NCBI RefSeq assembly: GCF_006345805.1
Contig: NW_021832830.1
Location: 35,982-99,981 of the forward strand
Direction: 5' to 3'
DNA from: Octopus sinensis
Taxonomy: Eukaryota
Length of the DNA stretch: 64,000 bases
The stretch's first letter is position 1, and each line of letters opens with the position of its first letter. This document shows, piece after piece, positions 1 through 12,699 of the stretch. The translations under genes and the position numbers were made by a program. The notes under the pieces were generated by a model. That model ran no database searches. It saw only the letters and a program-made list of their open reading frames with translations, and was not told the origin of the DNA.

Positions 1-129
1 CTTGCTTGAAGAACAAATTGTCTTAAAAGCAGCGTTGCAAAGAAATGACGGAAAGTATTTTCTAAGCTTCGTCTAAAGAAAAATAATACTAAAAGAAACT
101 GAAATAACAGATATGCATAGAATATTACG

Positions 130-336
130 AATACACACACTTATATGTACATATATATACATATATATTTACGTATATGGTATATATATATATGTGTGTA
201 TCTATATATATATATATATATATATATTTATAGAGTGATCTAGTCTGAAATATATGTATGATTGCGTACACAAAACATACTCACACACATCAAACAAAGA
301 CACATACATGGATATATATTCATGTATATATATATA

Positions 337-381
<45 letters not shown>

Positions 382-734
382 CATATATATATATACATAT
401 ACATATACATACATATATACATAATAATATACACATACATACGTACATATATATACATAGATATATATATAATATATGATATATATATATATATATATAT
501 GTATTGTATGTATGTATTTTAGTAATATGACGAATAAAATGCTATTAGATCACACATATATACACGCGCATTCAGATATATGCGTGTGTGGTGTGTATGC
601 GTGCGCATATTGTGTCGTGTGTTTGTGTAATTATCTATGTACGTTTGTCTGTGTGTAGCTATGTGCACAAATTAATACAGACATATACATATACAATATA
701 CATGTATATATATGCGTAATATATAGAATATATA

Positions 735-776
<42 letters not shown>

Positions 777-781
777 CATAA

Positions 782-828
<47 letters not shown>

Positions 829-850
829 GTGTGTGTGTGTGTGTGTGTGT
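130..850. repeat. (TA)n/(CA)n/(TG)n compound microsatellite block
   Basis: Direct inspection; the YI/HI/YV-repeat ORFs here are microsatellite translations. Confidence 0.9.
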
Positions 851-1001
851 AACAGACAGATAGGGAGTATTACACGTAGATAGACAGACATAGATTTCGA
901 TATACACTATTAGTAAGGAATCTACCACATCGAAACTAGTAACCGACTTCTTATTTTCTGCATCGTTCCGTTACATCTCTCTCTCTCTCCCCCTCTATGT
1001 T

Positions 1002-1041
<40 letters not shown>

Positions 1042-1224
1042 CTCTCTCCCTCTTTCTCTCTCTCTCTGCCCTAAATCCGTCACCCCAAATACCTCACTCT
1101 ACTCCGCTCGAATGTTCACAATATGTTTATACTTACACACACAAATATGCATACTTAAAAATTACATTATATATATATATATGTATATATATACTCTCAC
1201 TTTATACTAAGTATATATATAATA

Positions 1225-1264
<40 letters not shown>

Positions 1265-1559
1265 GTTTGTACTTTTATAAATTTAACAAATAGTGATGCA
1301 TTTTCAGCGCGTTTTTTTTTTTGTCCCTTTCAATTTTACTAGTGTTGCTTATTAATTATTCAACTCAAGATGTCGAATAAAGCCAGAATTTCTTAGATTC
1401 TTTATAACATTTTCTCTTTTATTCTTGTTCAACGGAGTAACTTTAAATTTCACCCTATTCCTGCTTGAAAAACACTTCCTTGCAGGTATAACCATGTGTA
1501 CTTTTGTACTTTGAAACACAGATACATGAAATTTATAGTAACGTTTGCATATCTATAAG

Positions 1560-1761
1560 TTTGTATGTATGTATGTGTGTTTAAACGTGTATATATATAT
1601 ATATATATATACATATATATTAGATCCTGTGTATATGTACAGAAGCTTTGAGTATGCATGTTATACACGCTCATACACATTAACAAACACGCAGACATGC
1701 ATACATGTGTTCAATGGATCTATGTATTGCCTGCTTATCCATGTGTGTGTACTACACACAC

Positions 1762-1796
<35 letters not shown>

Positions 1797-1975
1797 AGTG
1801 TGTCTGTGTGTATGTGCGATTTTGTGTTTGTGTGTGTGTAATTCATACACACATACACACACACATATATATATATATATTTATCGATTTATATATATAT
1901 ATATACACCTACACATAGAATCACATATATGTATATATATATGTATATATATATATATATATATACATATATACA

Positions 1976-2006
<31 letters not shown>

Positions 2007-2210
2007 GTACATGCGCGCGCTTTTGTATGTATATCTGTGTGCAGCTGTATATTTAATATATATATACAGAAATATATATTTATATATACATATGTATGTG
2101 CAAATACATATAAATATATATATATATATATGTGCATACACACTCGTATATACGTATACGTACACACGCATATATTCACACATATACATATGTTCACGCA
2201 TATAAATATC
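1560..2210. repeat. (TA)n/(TG)n/(CATA)n low-complexity block
   Basis: Direct inspection. Confidence 0.85.
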
Positions 2211-2490
2211 TCTCTATGCGGATGTACTGCTATTGAGAATGTTTCTAGTAGGATGTACAAATGTTTAATTATTAATATTTGAACGTCTAAATAAGAAAAC
2301 ATCTAAATTTTGGTTTCTTCCATTCTTTCTATTCTGAAATGTAAATAATTGACACGAACATAGCTTCATGCATTTTATCTACTTTGTCATTCACCGTAGA
2401 ATTTAAAGAGAGAGAAAAAAATGAACCCAGATAAATAGCAATGTTTGAAAACATAATTATTCACAGGTATACACATTTATATATATAAAT

Positions 2491-2712
2491 GGTTTCCGAT
2501 CAGGAAGAAGCTGACTGACTCAGGTCTTAGAACAGTATGACTGGGTGTTGAAACAGCTGCTCAAACACTCAAATGTGGATGTGATATTTCTCGATTTTGC
2601 AATGGTTTTCGGTAAAGTCCATCACGGAATAATATGTCACAAACTGCGTGATCTCGGCATAGTCGGCGAAATGGGTGAATGATTTTCTGAAGGATAGAAG
2701 TAAAGCTGTGTG
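2491..2712 (+). mobile_element. Decayed CR1/L2-type LINE reverse transcriptase fragment
   Basis: Translates GFRSGRS*LTQVLEQYDWVLKQLLKHSNVDVIFLDFAMVFGKVHHGIICHKLRDLGIVGEMG, then frameshifts to DFLKDRSKAV; matches the GFR.GRSC / D.I.LDF.KAFD.V.H motifs of non-LTR RTs. Confidence 0.85.
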
Positions 2713-2801
2713 GACAAAACTGAACTGGCAAGGTTCCTCAGTTCAAGTAATTAATTCAAATGAACCTTAAATAAATATATATATATTCAAAATGCACATT
2801 C

Positions 2802-3003
2802 AAAATGTGACCGCGTGTGTACCGTTGGCGATTTTTTACCTCTGTCTTCCCTTCTCTGGATCTTTCCTTTTCCTATGTTTCGGACGAAGAGCTCCGCTCG
2901 AAACGTTAAACCCTCCTTCTTTCCTTCTTTCCTGAGTGTCCAATAATACTATATTTGTTCCACATCCTCGCATTGTTGTGTTTTTGTGATTTCTTGTTTG
3001 GAT

Positions 3004-3007
<4 letters not shown>
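2802..3007 (+). mobile_element. Penelope-like repeat 3' end containing a minimal hammerhead fold, abutting (TA)n
   Basis: GTTT-CGGACGA-A-GAGC-TCC-GCTC-GAAA-CG-TT-AAAC at 2877-2911; about 100 bp later runs into (TA)n. Confidence 0.6.
2877..2911 (+). ncRNA. Minimal type I hammerhead ribozyme motif, one core mismatch (U4G)
   Basis: Stem I GTTT/AAAC, stem II GAGC/GCTC, GAAA, palindromic AACGTT stem III; core CGGACGA versus CUGANGA. Confidence 0.55.
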
Positions 3008-3055
<48 letters not shown>

Positions 3056-3239
3056 ATATATATGTGTGTGTGTGGTGTGTGTTATCATGTGTGTTGAGTG
3101 TACTACAATTATGTCCGTCAGTTGATTTCTATGTTCTCTTCTTTGTCTTTACTTCGTGGATCGTAACAAAATTTTACATCACAATCTTTGATGTCTAACT
3201 TTGGGTGCCAACAAAAATGTGTTAGCTCCAAGATAGGCG

Positions 3240-3461
3240 ACTGAAGAAGAGGAATTTTCCTGTTTTTTGTATGCCCTGTACTCTATTTTTTCGTTGTTTA
3301 AGAAAAATGTCCATTTCCTTGGTTTTGTGTTTTTGTTTTCGTTTCTCAATGTGTTCGAACGTTTTTTTTGGTGTCCTTTACCCATATATGCGTGTATATA
3401 TACATATAGATGTAGGTACGTACATATATGTATGTATATATATGCATATGTTTTATTTATT

Positions 3462-3468
<7 letters not shown>
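3240..3468. mobile_element. Interspersed repeat copy 1 (direct repeat of 4344-4565)
   Basis: Shared text such as ...tcgttgtttaagaaaaatgtccatttcctt...gatgtaggtacgtacatatatgtatg... Confidence 0.75.
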
Positions 3469-3501
<33 letters not shown>

Positions 3502-3954
3502 TCCGGATCTACTCTACGTTTATACTCCACTTTTCGCTTCTTCTAGATTTACCAAATATCTCAATATTTGTAATCTTCCTATAACAATGGGAAGACACGA
3601 TGGGGGGAGTGTGTGGATTACCTGTAATCTTTAAGATACGCACTTACATACGCACATACATACATGCACACGTACATACATACTTACATACACATGCATA
3701 CATACCTACACACTCACACTCACACACACGCAAACACACACATACATATATTACATTACGAGCCGTTAAAGTTTTATTTGTAAACTGGGCCATGCATATA
3801 CACACCAACACAAAAGCGGAAACGTACATCATAATTAGATTCGTTGCTACGTACAGATTTCAACTTATTCCTATTCTGCAACCTGACTGGAAAATGATAA
3901 TCTACGTGGAGCACTTACTCGTACATTGGTAGTCGCTCATCTAACCGCTCAAGG

Positions 3955-4027
3955 TATGTATTCTCCTCGACTTACGACCTAGTTCCCTTCTGACTGTCTG
4001 GTCGTAAATCGATTTAGTCGTAGGTCA
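3955..4027 (+). mobile_element. Tigger/pogo-like DNA transposon terminal fragment
   Basis: tcctcgacttacgacc...ggtcgtaaatcg...gtcgtaggtc resembles the CTCGACTTACGAC / GTCGTAAGTCG repeats of Tigger-type termini (from recall). Confidence 0.45.
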
Positions 4028-4311
4028 CATTTATATTTTTAAACGCTATTTGAATTCAAACGTAACTAATGCTAGAAAGCGACAGAATGAGAGACACTGG
4101 CTGACTGTAGATTGTATGGGTATGAGGTAGGCCCACATTGCCTGATGCTGCCATAGTTATCCTACGCGCAGCCGCCCAAAGTCTGTAAATCAATTTTTTA
4201 TTTGTATTTTATCTATTTCTTTATTTTCTTTGGTCTTAAGTCCGTAGGTTTGTAAGTTGCATAGGCCGTAAATTGAAGATAAAGTGTATATATATATATA
4301 TATAATATCTT

Positions 4312-4565
4312 TCGAAACGTGGAGTAGATGAAACAGAGGCTGCTGAAGACGGAGAATTTTCCTTGTGTTGAATGTCTTGTACTCTATTCTTTCGTTGTTT
4401 AAGAAAAATGTCCATTTCCTTGTTTTTGTATTTATGTTTTCGCTTCTCATTGTGTTCGACGTTTTTTTTTGGGTCCTGTACCCATATATGCATGTATATA
4501 TATATACATATAGATGTAGGTACGTACATATATGTATGTATATATGCATGTGTTTTATTTATTAT
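4312..4565. mobile_element. Interspersed repeat copy 2; its first ~50 bp are shared with 14572-14620
   Basis: High similarity to 3240-3468; begins directly after (TA)n. Confidence 0.75.
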
Positions 4566-4634
4566 TCTCTTATTAATGATGGAACGCAACGCATCCATTT
4601 CTAAGTAAGTTTTATCTCTCTCTCCTCTCTCTCC

Positions 4635-4674
<40 letters not shown>

Positions 4675-4722
4675 ATTATCGAGACAAAACCACTATTTGG
4701 CAAAACAACAAGGAAAGACTAT

Positions 4723-4777
<55 letters not shown>

Positions 4778-5293
4778 GTAGGTCCCGTTGATTCGGGGTT
4801 AACCACAGTAAATAAGGTACTCAATACATAGCAGAGTAAAATTAATTTATTATATAGAAGGAGCTTCTACAGGACTAGAACTGTTTCATTCAAGAGAAAT
4901 CTTCAGGAAGCTAGTTAACAAGAATTGTATTGGCATTTATACATTTAGGCAGGTTTAAAGGCGTGATGGTGGGGGACTTTTTTGGGGGTAGGCATAGCGC
5001 AAAATATCATAGTTGGGGGAGTGGTCAAGGAGTCAGTGGTAAATTAGATAAAAGAATAAATAAAAGAATTAAAAAAATTAAAAAATAAAAAAATAAAAAA
5101 AAATATATAAAAAAGAAATGAGTTTTAGGTAAATAAGGGGATTCTCACTTATACCTATACACATATGTATACATATATACACACACACACATATATACAT
5201 ACACACATACATACACACACACATATACATATATATACACATACACATACATACACGTATCTACACATACACATACATACATATATATATCTC

Positions 5294-5324
<31 letters not shown>

Positions 5325-5407
5325 CATACACACACACACATGCATACACATATACACACATGTATATATACACACACGACCACACATACATATACACACA
5401 AAAAATG
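4778..5407 (-). mobile_element. Penelope-like repeat; left arm plus tail of a long inverted pair
   Basis: 4845-5407 is the reverse complement of 7046-7592; extra 4778-4844 tail abuts (TA)n; strand inferred from tail position. Confidence 0.65.
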
Positions 5408-5652
5408 TATGTATATATAATGTATATATAATGTATATATAAAATATATGTATATATGTGTATGTGTGAATATGTGTATGTATACATATATGTATGTATG
5501 TGTGTATGTATATATGTATGTATATATATGTGTGTAAGTTTGTGTATATATGTATATGTAAGTGTGTGTGCGTGTATGAGTATGTATGTATGTTTGCACA
5601 CAAGTATATGTGTGTGTATGTATGTATATATGTATATATATACATATATGTA

Positions 5653-5686
<34 letters not shown>

Positions 5687-5831
5687 ATATATGTATGTAT
5701 GTATTTGTATGTATATATATGTGTGTGTATGTGTATGTGTATATGTACATATACGTGTACGCTCGTGTGTTTATGTATAGGTAGGCACGTAGAGTTATCT
5801 ATGTGTGTATGTATATGTACATAAGTGTAGG

Positions 5832-5876
<45 letters not shown>

Positions 5877-7045
5877 AAGTTTATATGTATGTATCCGTCT
5901 GTATAATAGGTAACTGCACGTACAGATACTTAATATTTATTATTTATTTTTTGAGTATGCATGTAAGTATGAATATAAGGAGGTGCGTGTGTGTGTGTGT
6001 GTATGTGTAAGCATAGATATATGTATACTTTTACGCATGTGTGTACTTATGTGTATATATGGATGCGCGCGTGTGCGTGTGTGTGTGTATGGGTACGCAT
6101 GTACATGTGTATGTGCGTGTATGTGTATATGTGTATGTATGGGTGTGCGTATATTTGTATATGTATGTATGTATGTGTATGTTTGTGTATGTATATATAT
6201 ATAAAATTGTATATATATATATGATTATATATATATATGTACTGTATATGTATAGTGTATGTGTATGTCTTTGTGGTGTGTATGCATGCGCGTTTATATA
6301 TATGTATGTATATGTATACGTGTGGGTGTGTGTATGTGTATATATGTATGTCTGTAATGGATGTATGGATGTATGTATGTATGTATACGTATGTATGTTT
6401 ATGTGGTATATGTATGTATGTATGTGTAGTGTTTACATATATATGTATATATATATCTTATATGTATATATATATATATATATATAATGTATGTATTTGT
6501 ATGTAGGTGTTATGTATGTGTTGTATATATTTATTGGTGTATATGTATAGACTAGCCTTCTAAGAGTGTAACATGAATCTGTGGGGTATACGCGTACGTA
6601 TGTGTATTTTACGTGAATTGTATGTAGATGTATGTATGAATATACGCGTGCGTGCGTGTATGTGTATGAGTGTACGAATGAGTGAGTGTGCGTGCGTGAA
6701 TGACTGCTTGTTTTCAAGTAGAAAGATTAATGGACTTGCTGCCATAGCCAAGATGCTTGTGACCAGCGGTCAAAGATAACAAAAGTAATAAATGAAGATA
6801 ATAAAATTAAAATTAGGGAATGGGTCTGTTTTTGTATGTATATATATGTGTATATGTGTAGGTATGTATAGGTACACATATGTAAATGTATAATATATAT
6901 ATATATGTATATATATGTATATATGTGTGTATGTGTATATATGTGTATATAGGGACTTGTGTGTTGTGTGTGGTGTTGTGTGTGCATGGTGTGTATGTGG
7001 ATATGTGTGTGTATGCGTGTATGCGTATGTGTGTGTATGTATATA
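5408..7045. repeat. (TA)/(TG)/(TATG) low-complexity spacer
   Basis: Direct inspection. Confidence 0.8.
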
Positions 7046-7120
7046 ATTTTTCTGTGTGTATATGTATGTGTGTCGTGTGTTATATATACATGTGTGTATA
7101 TTGTGTATGCATGTGTGTGG

Positions 7121-7169
<49 letters not shown>

Positions 7170-7592
7170 ATGTGTAGATATGTGTATGTATGTGTATGTG
7201 TATATATATGTATATGTGTGTGTGTGCATGTATGTGTGTATGTATATATGTGTGTGTGTATATATGTATACATATGTGTATAGGTATAAGTGAGAATCCC
7301 CTTATTTACCTAAAACTCATTTCTTTTTTATATATTTTTAATTTTTTAATTTTTTAATTTTATTATTTTTTTATTCTTTATTTATTCTTTTATCTAATTT
7401 ACCACTGACTCCTTGACCACTCCCCCAGTTGATATTTTGCGCTATGCCTACCCCCAAAAAGTCCCCCACCACCACCCCTTTATACTGCCTAAATGTATAA
7501 ATGCCAATACAATTCTTGTTAACTAGCTTCCTGAAGATTTCTCTTGAATGAAACAGTTCTAGTCCTGTAGAAGCTCCTTCTATATAATAAAT
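7046..7592 (+). mobile_element. Inverted copy (right arm) of 4845-5407
   Basis: For example gtgagaatccccttatttacctaaaactc versus gagttttaggtaaataaggggattctcac; contains CTGAAGA...GAAAC at about 7530-7556. Confidence 0.8.
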
Positions 7593-8226
7593 ATGTATAG
7601 GAGTGTATGTGTTTACAGGCGCGCAGGCAATACGGAGCTGTTTGTCTTCGGCATATGCTACACTGAAAACATTACTATGCCGTAGTTTGTTTTTGGCCAA
7701 GTACACTTCATTATTCCTGGCCGCCCATTTCTGTTTATACTGGAATAATAGCTTTGTTAAATACTTAATTCTATTTACACTTCGAGATCTTCACTGTCCT
7801 ATCTTTCAAACAAACTAATGACGCTATTGGTTCTTACATGACGTTTTCAATAAGATGCAAACACAAAACTCAATATATCGTCAACACAAAATTGAAAATC
7901 ACAGAATGTTAACTTCTGGTTGATTTCCTGATATGATGTTTTTTTTCTTTCTTTTCTTTTTTCAGTTTTTATATATTTGCTTATTGGAGAACTGTTTGTA
8001 TTTTGCGAATAGCAAATCTCCCATGGTTATTCTTCGAGTTGTGTTTGGGATTTTAGTAAAAAATTGCATCGTTTCAGCTAGTGTTTCCAGCGCGAGGTTT
8101 CTTTTGCGTACAACGTTATAAAGTGTTTTCCACGGTTGCTTGCAAATGCTAGTACCAAGGGACGAAAAATTTATATATGTATATATATGTATATATATAT
8201 GTATATATATATGTATGTATATATAT

Positions 8227-8315
8227 GGCAAGTGTCTTCTGCTATAGCCCCGGGCCGACCAATGCCTTGAGTGGATTTGGTAGACGGAAACTGAAAGAAG
8301 CCTGTCGTATTTATG

Positions 8316-8346
<31 letters not shown>

Positions 8347-8603
8347 TTGTTTGTCTGTGCTTGTCCCCCTAGCATTGCTTGACAACCGATGCTGGTGTGT
8401 TTACGTCCCCGTCACTTAGCGGTTCGGAAAAAGAGACTGATAGATTTTGTGGATAAGAAAATGAAAGAAAATGCTAAAAAGGGGAAAAAAACAATTAGGC
8501 TTACAAAGAATAAGTCCCGGGGTCGATTTGCTCGACTAAAGGCGGTGCTCCAGCATGGCCTCAGTCAAATGACTGAAACAAGTAAAAGAGAAAAGAGAAA
8601 GAG
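8227..8603 (+). mobile_element. SINE family B, 5'-truncated
   Basis: Matches full copies at 49801 and 58581; internal (TA)(TG) tract; (AAAAGAG) tail. Confidence 0.9.
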
Positions 8604-8961
8604 TATATAAACACACATATGTAATGTATAAATATGTGTATCAGTGTGAAAGTGATTGATTTTTGCATTCACTGGTCTTGGTCGCTTATCCAGAAGGACC
8701 TACGTCACCATCCTTCAAATTTTTTTACTATCGTCATTTTCGTTTTCATCACGGGACCTTGATTGTCTCCATTGCTGTTATTTACCTGAAGTGCAACTGC
8801 ACAGAATTCTGTTCTGTTTACGGCACAACGTGTTCAGTCTTAGTTTTTAGTTTGTCCAGACTGTAGAAACTCGCTGCATAAAACTGTTGTTGCGTTGAAG
8901 TTTGCTTTTGCTTACGATTTAACAATCTTTATTTGTATCGTAAATTACTGTATTTTTAGCC

Positions 8962-9382
8962 TGTAGCGACACAAGAAGTCAGCGCCATACTAGATGAGAT
9001 CTCGCGGCAGCCATTGCCATATACGAGAGTGAAGCGAGACCTCATCTGCGTCCATTTGCCATGCGCGAGATCACAAACGAGGCTCGCGATGGCAAACTGT
9101 ATATAAGGGCAAAACGTTGAGATTCTCTCCTTTTTTCCGCCTCTTAGCATCAGCGCTTCTTGAGCGCACTGCATTGACTGGGCCTGTCTGAAGGTTGTAC
9201 CTCCAGAGGCAATGTGCCCTCACTACTACACAATACACACAGCTCAAGATGGTAGCAGAGAGCAGCACCCTTCACCTATCCTGTAAATCCTGTAAATCCT
9301 GTAAATAAAACCAGTTGTAAATAGCATTTGTACTTGAAGTCTTCTCTCTTCGCCTGACGGAGCTTGATCTACCCGAAGAACA
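8962..9382 (+). mobile_element. LTR-like module (candidate solo or partial LTR) with TATA box, PBS-like motif and polyA signal
   Basis: Starts TGTAG; TATATAA 9100-9106; TGGTAGCAGAG 9250-9260; AATAAA 9304-9309; ends AACA; no clean TSD or second LTR. Confidence 0.4.
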
Positions 9383-9685
9383 AAAAGAGATAATGAAAGG
9401 TGATATTCTCCCGATATCTTAAAACTTGCCATCCATTATAAGTTCATTAAACCCTTTTAAACTTTGATATTTCAATTTGGGTTTATAACAGTTACTATCT
9501 TAGTAATGGGTAGATGAAATGATGAGTCATTACACATTTTAATCTCCAATGTTTCTCACTTTCTGTGAGTCTGGGATTGCTGTGTCTTCGTGTCCTAACT
9601 ATGTAGGCTGTATTGTGCTTGTGACCTGATCGCGTAGCGCTATAAATTTGTGCCGAATAAAACTACATACGGTTTTGGTTAGCTA

Positions 9686-9782
9686 GCTTCTTTCAATTTC
9701 CGCCTACCAAATCTACTCACAAGGCATTGGTCATGGAGTGGAACGGAACCCGGAACCATGTGGTAGGGAAGCAAGCTTCTTA
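9686..9782 (-). mobile_element. SINE family B head fragment
   Basis: ttccgcctaccaaatctactcacaaggc...cccggaaccatgtgg. Confidence 0.7.
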
Positions 9783-9952
9783 TTGCACAACGACACCATA
9801 TTCCATGTGTACATTATTTTTTACTCGGTAGGAGATAGAAATTTGGTTTGAGAGTCGAGCTGTGTGCCATGTAAGAAACGGGCGTAAAATTTCTTCGTGC
9901 ATGCCATGCCATTTATGTGGTGCCAAGCACGATGCCTTTGCGTCACAAATTG

Positions 9953-9989
<37 letters not shown>

Positions 9990-10524
9990 ATATATTGACT
10001 TCAGTTTTTCGTCTATGTTATGTGTAGGTATATATGAATGTCTGAAAATGTATAATTATCCCTGATCGTCAGAAGAAGTACAGAAGAAAGGGATATACTA
10101 AGAAAATAAAATAAAAAAAAAAGATGCAATAGAACACAGCGTAACTGATAAACCGAACAAGTTGTTGCGGATGAAGTAAATAAATTGTTTTGCTGAACTG
10201 AACTATTAATATTTTTCTGATCTTTTAGTGTTAGGTAGGATTCCTACACGGTTTTTTTCCCCCTTTTTAGCATTTTCTTTCATTTTCTTATCCACAATTT
10301 GCTGTTCCCTTTATTTTTTCTCATTTAATCGAATGTTTTTGCCAAGAGGAAATATATGACATATAACTTTCATAACAGCCATTTTAATTTTCCTCTTAAC
10401 AACAGCTATTTCGAATTGAAAGTGGAAGAAATTAAGAAGTGAAAATGATTTATTTCAATCATCTTGGCCGATATTTCTTTCTTCGGCTTCTTCATTTTTC
10501 TTATTCCTTCATCTGAATAATATC

Positions 10525-11000
10525 TTGCCTTCATCTTGTTCTTCTTTTTGTTCTTCTGGTTCTTGTTCTTCTTGTTCTTTTTCTTGTTGTTGTTGTGGTT
10601 GTTGTTTGTTGTTGCTGTTGTTGCTGTTTTGTTGTTGTTGTTGTTGTTCTTCTTCTTCCCCTTCTGCTTCTTCTTCTCTTCTTCGTTTTCTTCTTCTTCT
10701 CTTCTTTTTCTTCTCCTTTTTCTTCTTCTTTTCATCTTCTTCTTCCTCATTTCCTTCTTCTTCTTCTTCCTCGTTTTTCTTCCTCTTCTGCTTCGTCGTC
10801 ATCTTCTTCTTCTCCTTCTTCTTCTCCTCTTCTTCTTCTTCTTCTTCTTCATCGTCTTCTTCCTCGTTTTCTTCATCTTCTTCTTCCTCGTTTTCTTCTT
10901 CTTCTGCTTCGTCGTCATCGTCTTCTTCTTCTCCTTCTCCTTCTTCTTCTTCTCTCTTCTTCTTCTTCTTCTTCTTCTTCATTCATCGCCTTCTTCTTCT
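10525..11000. repeat. (CTT)n/(GTT)n/(CGT)n trinucleotide array
   Basis: Direct inspection; gives poly-E/K/S/F/L ORFs in several frames. Confidence 0.9.
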
Positions 11001-11619
11001 TCAAACTAATATCAACACAATTTCTTCATTTGCTTGCTTTTGCAATATTTCGCTACCGTTTCTTTTTTTTTTTCTATTCCTTTTTCGCTACTGTATTCCG
11101 TCCGAGTAATTTCAGTAATATCAAGCAAAGTCGTTTCTTTTCATTTCTTTTTTTCCTTTCTCTTTTGTTTCTCCTTTTCTTTCGAACGTTTGATTGATTC
11201 ATTGCAGTTCATAATCATATTCTATATTTTGAATATAGTGTTTTCTTTTTTCCTCTAAGTCTTAGACTTTTGTTTTCGTTTTGAGTATAAGAGTGTGGAG
11301 TGGGGTGTGATGGCATATATTTTTTCTAATAAGATCAATATTATTCCTTTCTCGTTATATCTCAGTGACGGTGGAGAATTCGTTCCATAATATTACGTAT
11401 ATTTTTGATTTCTCACCCTCTCTCTCTCCCTCTCTCTCTCTCTCTCACACACACGTACATGCATTCTCTTCCCTTCTCTTTTACAATACATGCGTTTATA
11501 TATGAATGCATGTGTATATGCATGGATATGCAGTTTATTATATTTCTCAGGCTATTGCTGTTTAATATACACACATGCATAAATCCAGCCATATATAAAT
11601 GGTATCTCTCTATTTCATT

Positions 11620-11960
<341 letters not shown>

Positions 11961-12699
11961 ATGGATAGATTACATTGGTGTGTATGTAAATGGTTAAAGT
12001 ATAAAGAGCCCCTTCAGTCATGAATGAATGACCATGGGCTTGCACTTTGAACGCTACACTCCGACGCACAGGTCCGTGTAAGTTTGCTTTTATCGAAGAT
12101 CAGCAGTCACCCATGCATAACACCCAACAATGCTATCCAAAGAAAAGACAAGGGCTCCAGTGATGTCGCAATTTATTTCTACCGTAGACTGAACTTGACT
12201 AACGTGAAATAAAGTGGATTTCTATATTCTAATCTAGGCACATGGTCGGAATTTTTTGGGAAGAGGACCAATCGATTACATCGTCTCCAGTACGCAGCTG
12301 GTACTTACCTGTATGTGTGTGTGTATGTGTGTGTTTGTGTGTGTGCATGTATGAGCAATTCTTTTTGAGGTACTTTTCTCCCAAATCACCACTTGCGAAC
12401 TTGCGTCGATGCGTATTCAATCCTATAGCATTATCAGAACCCAATCAATGAAGTACCAGGTTTAAAGAATCTATAAATAGTGTGTGTGTGTTTGTCTATG
12501 TGTGTATGCGTGCGAGTATGTGTATATGTATTTGTGCGTGTGTGTGTGTGTGTGTGTGTTTTACAAAACCTCCACTGAGAATCATTGCTGGTTAGTTTAC
12601 TTCCCCATAACTCTTTTATTCAGCAAAATACCCGGATATTGTACGTAACGCCATGGAAACAAATCTTAAGTAATAGGGATAGAAAACACCTAAAGCTCC

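Noticed and set aside
4312-4355. Hammerhead from GAAAC...CTGAAGA (also 14572-14615)
   Set aside because: The order would need a type II/III topology, but no stem I pairing could be found.
4965-5035. G-quadruplex in the G-rich part of the inverted arm
   Set aside because: Only three runs of three or more G, with one long loop.
10406-11197. Poly-E/D/K/Q acidic protein ORFs
   Set aside because: The trinucleotide array is open in most frames on both strands, with no complex domain or splice context.
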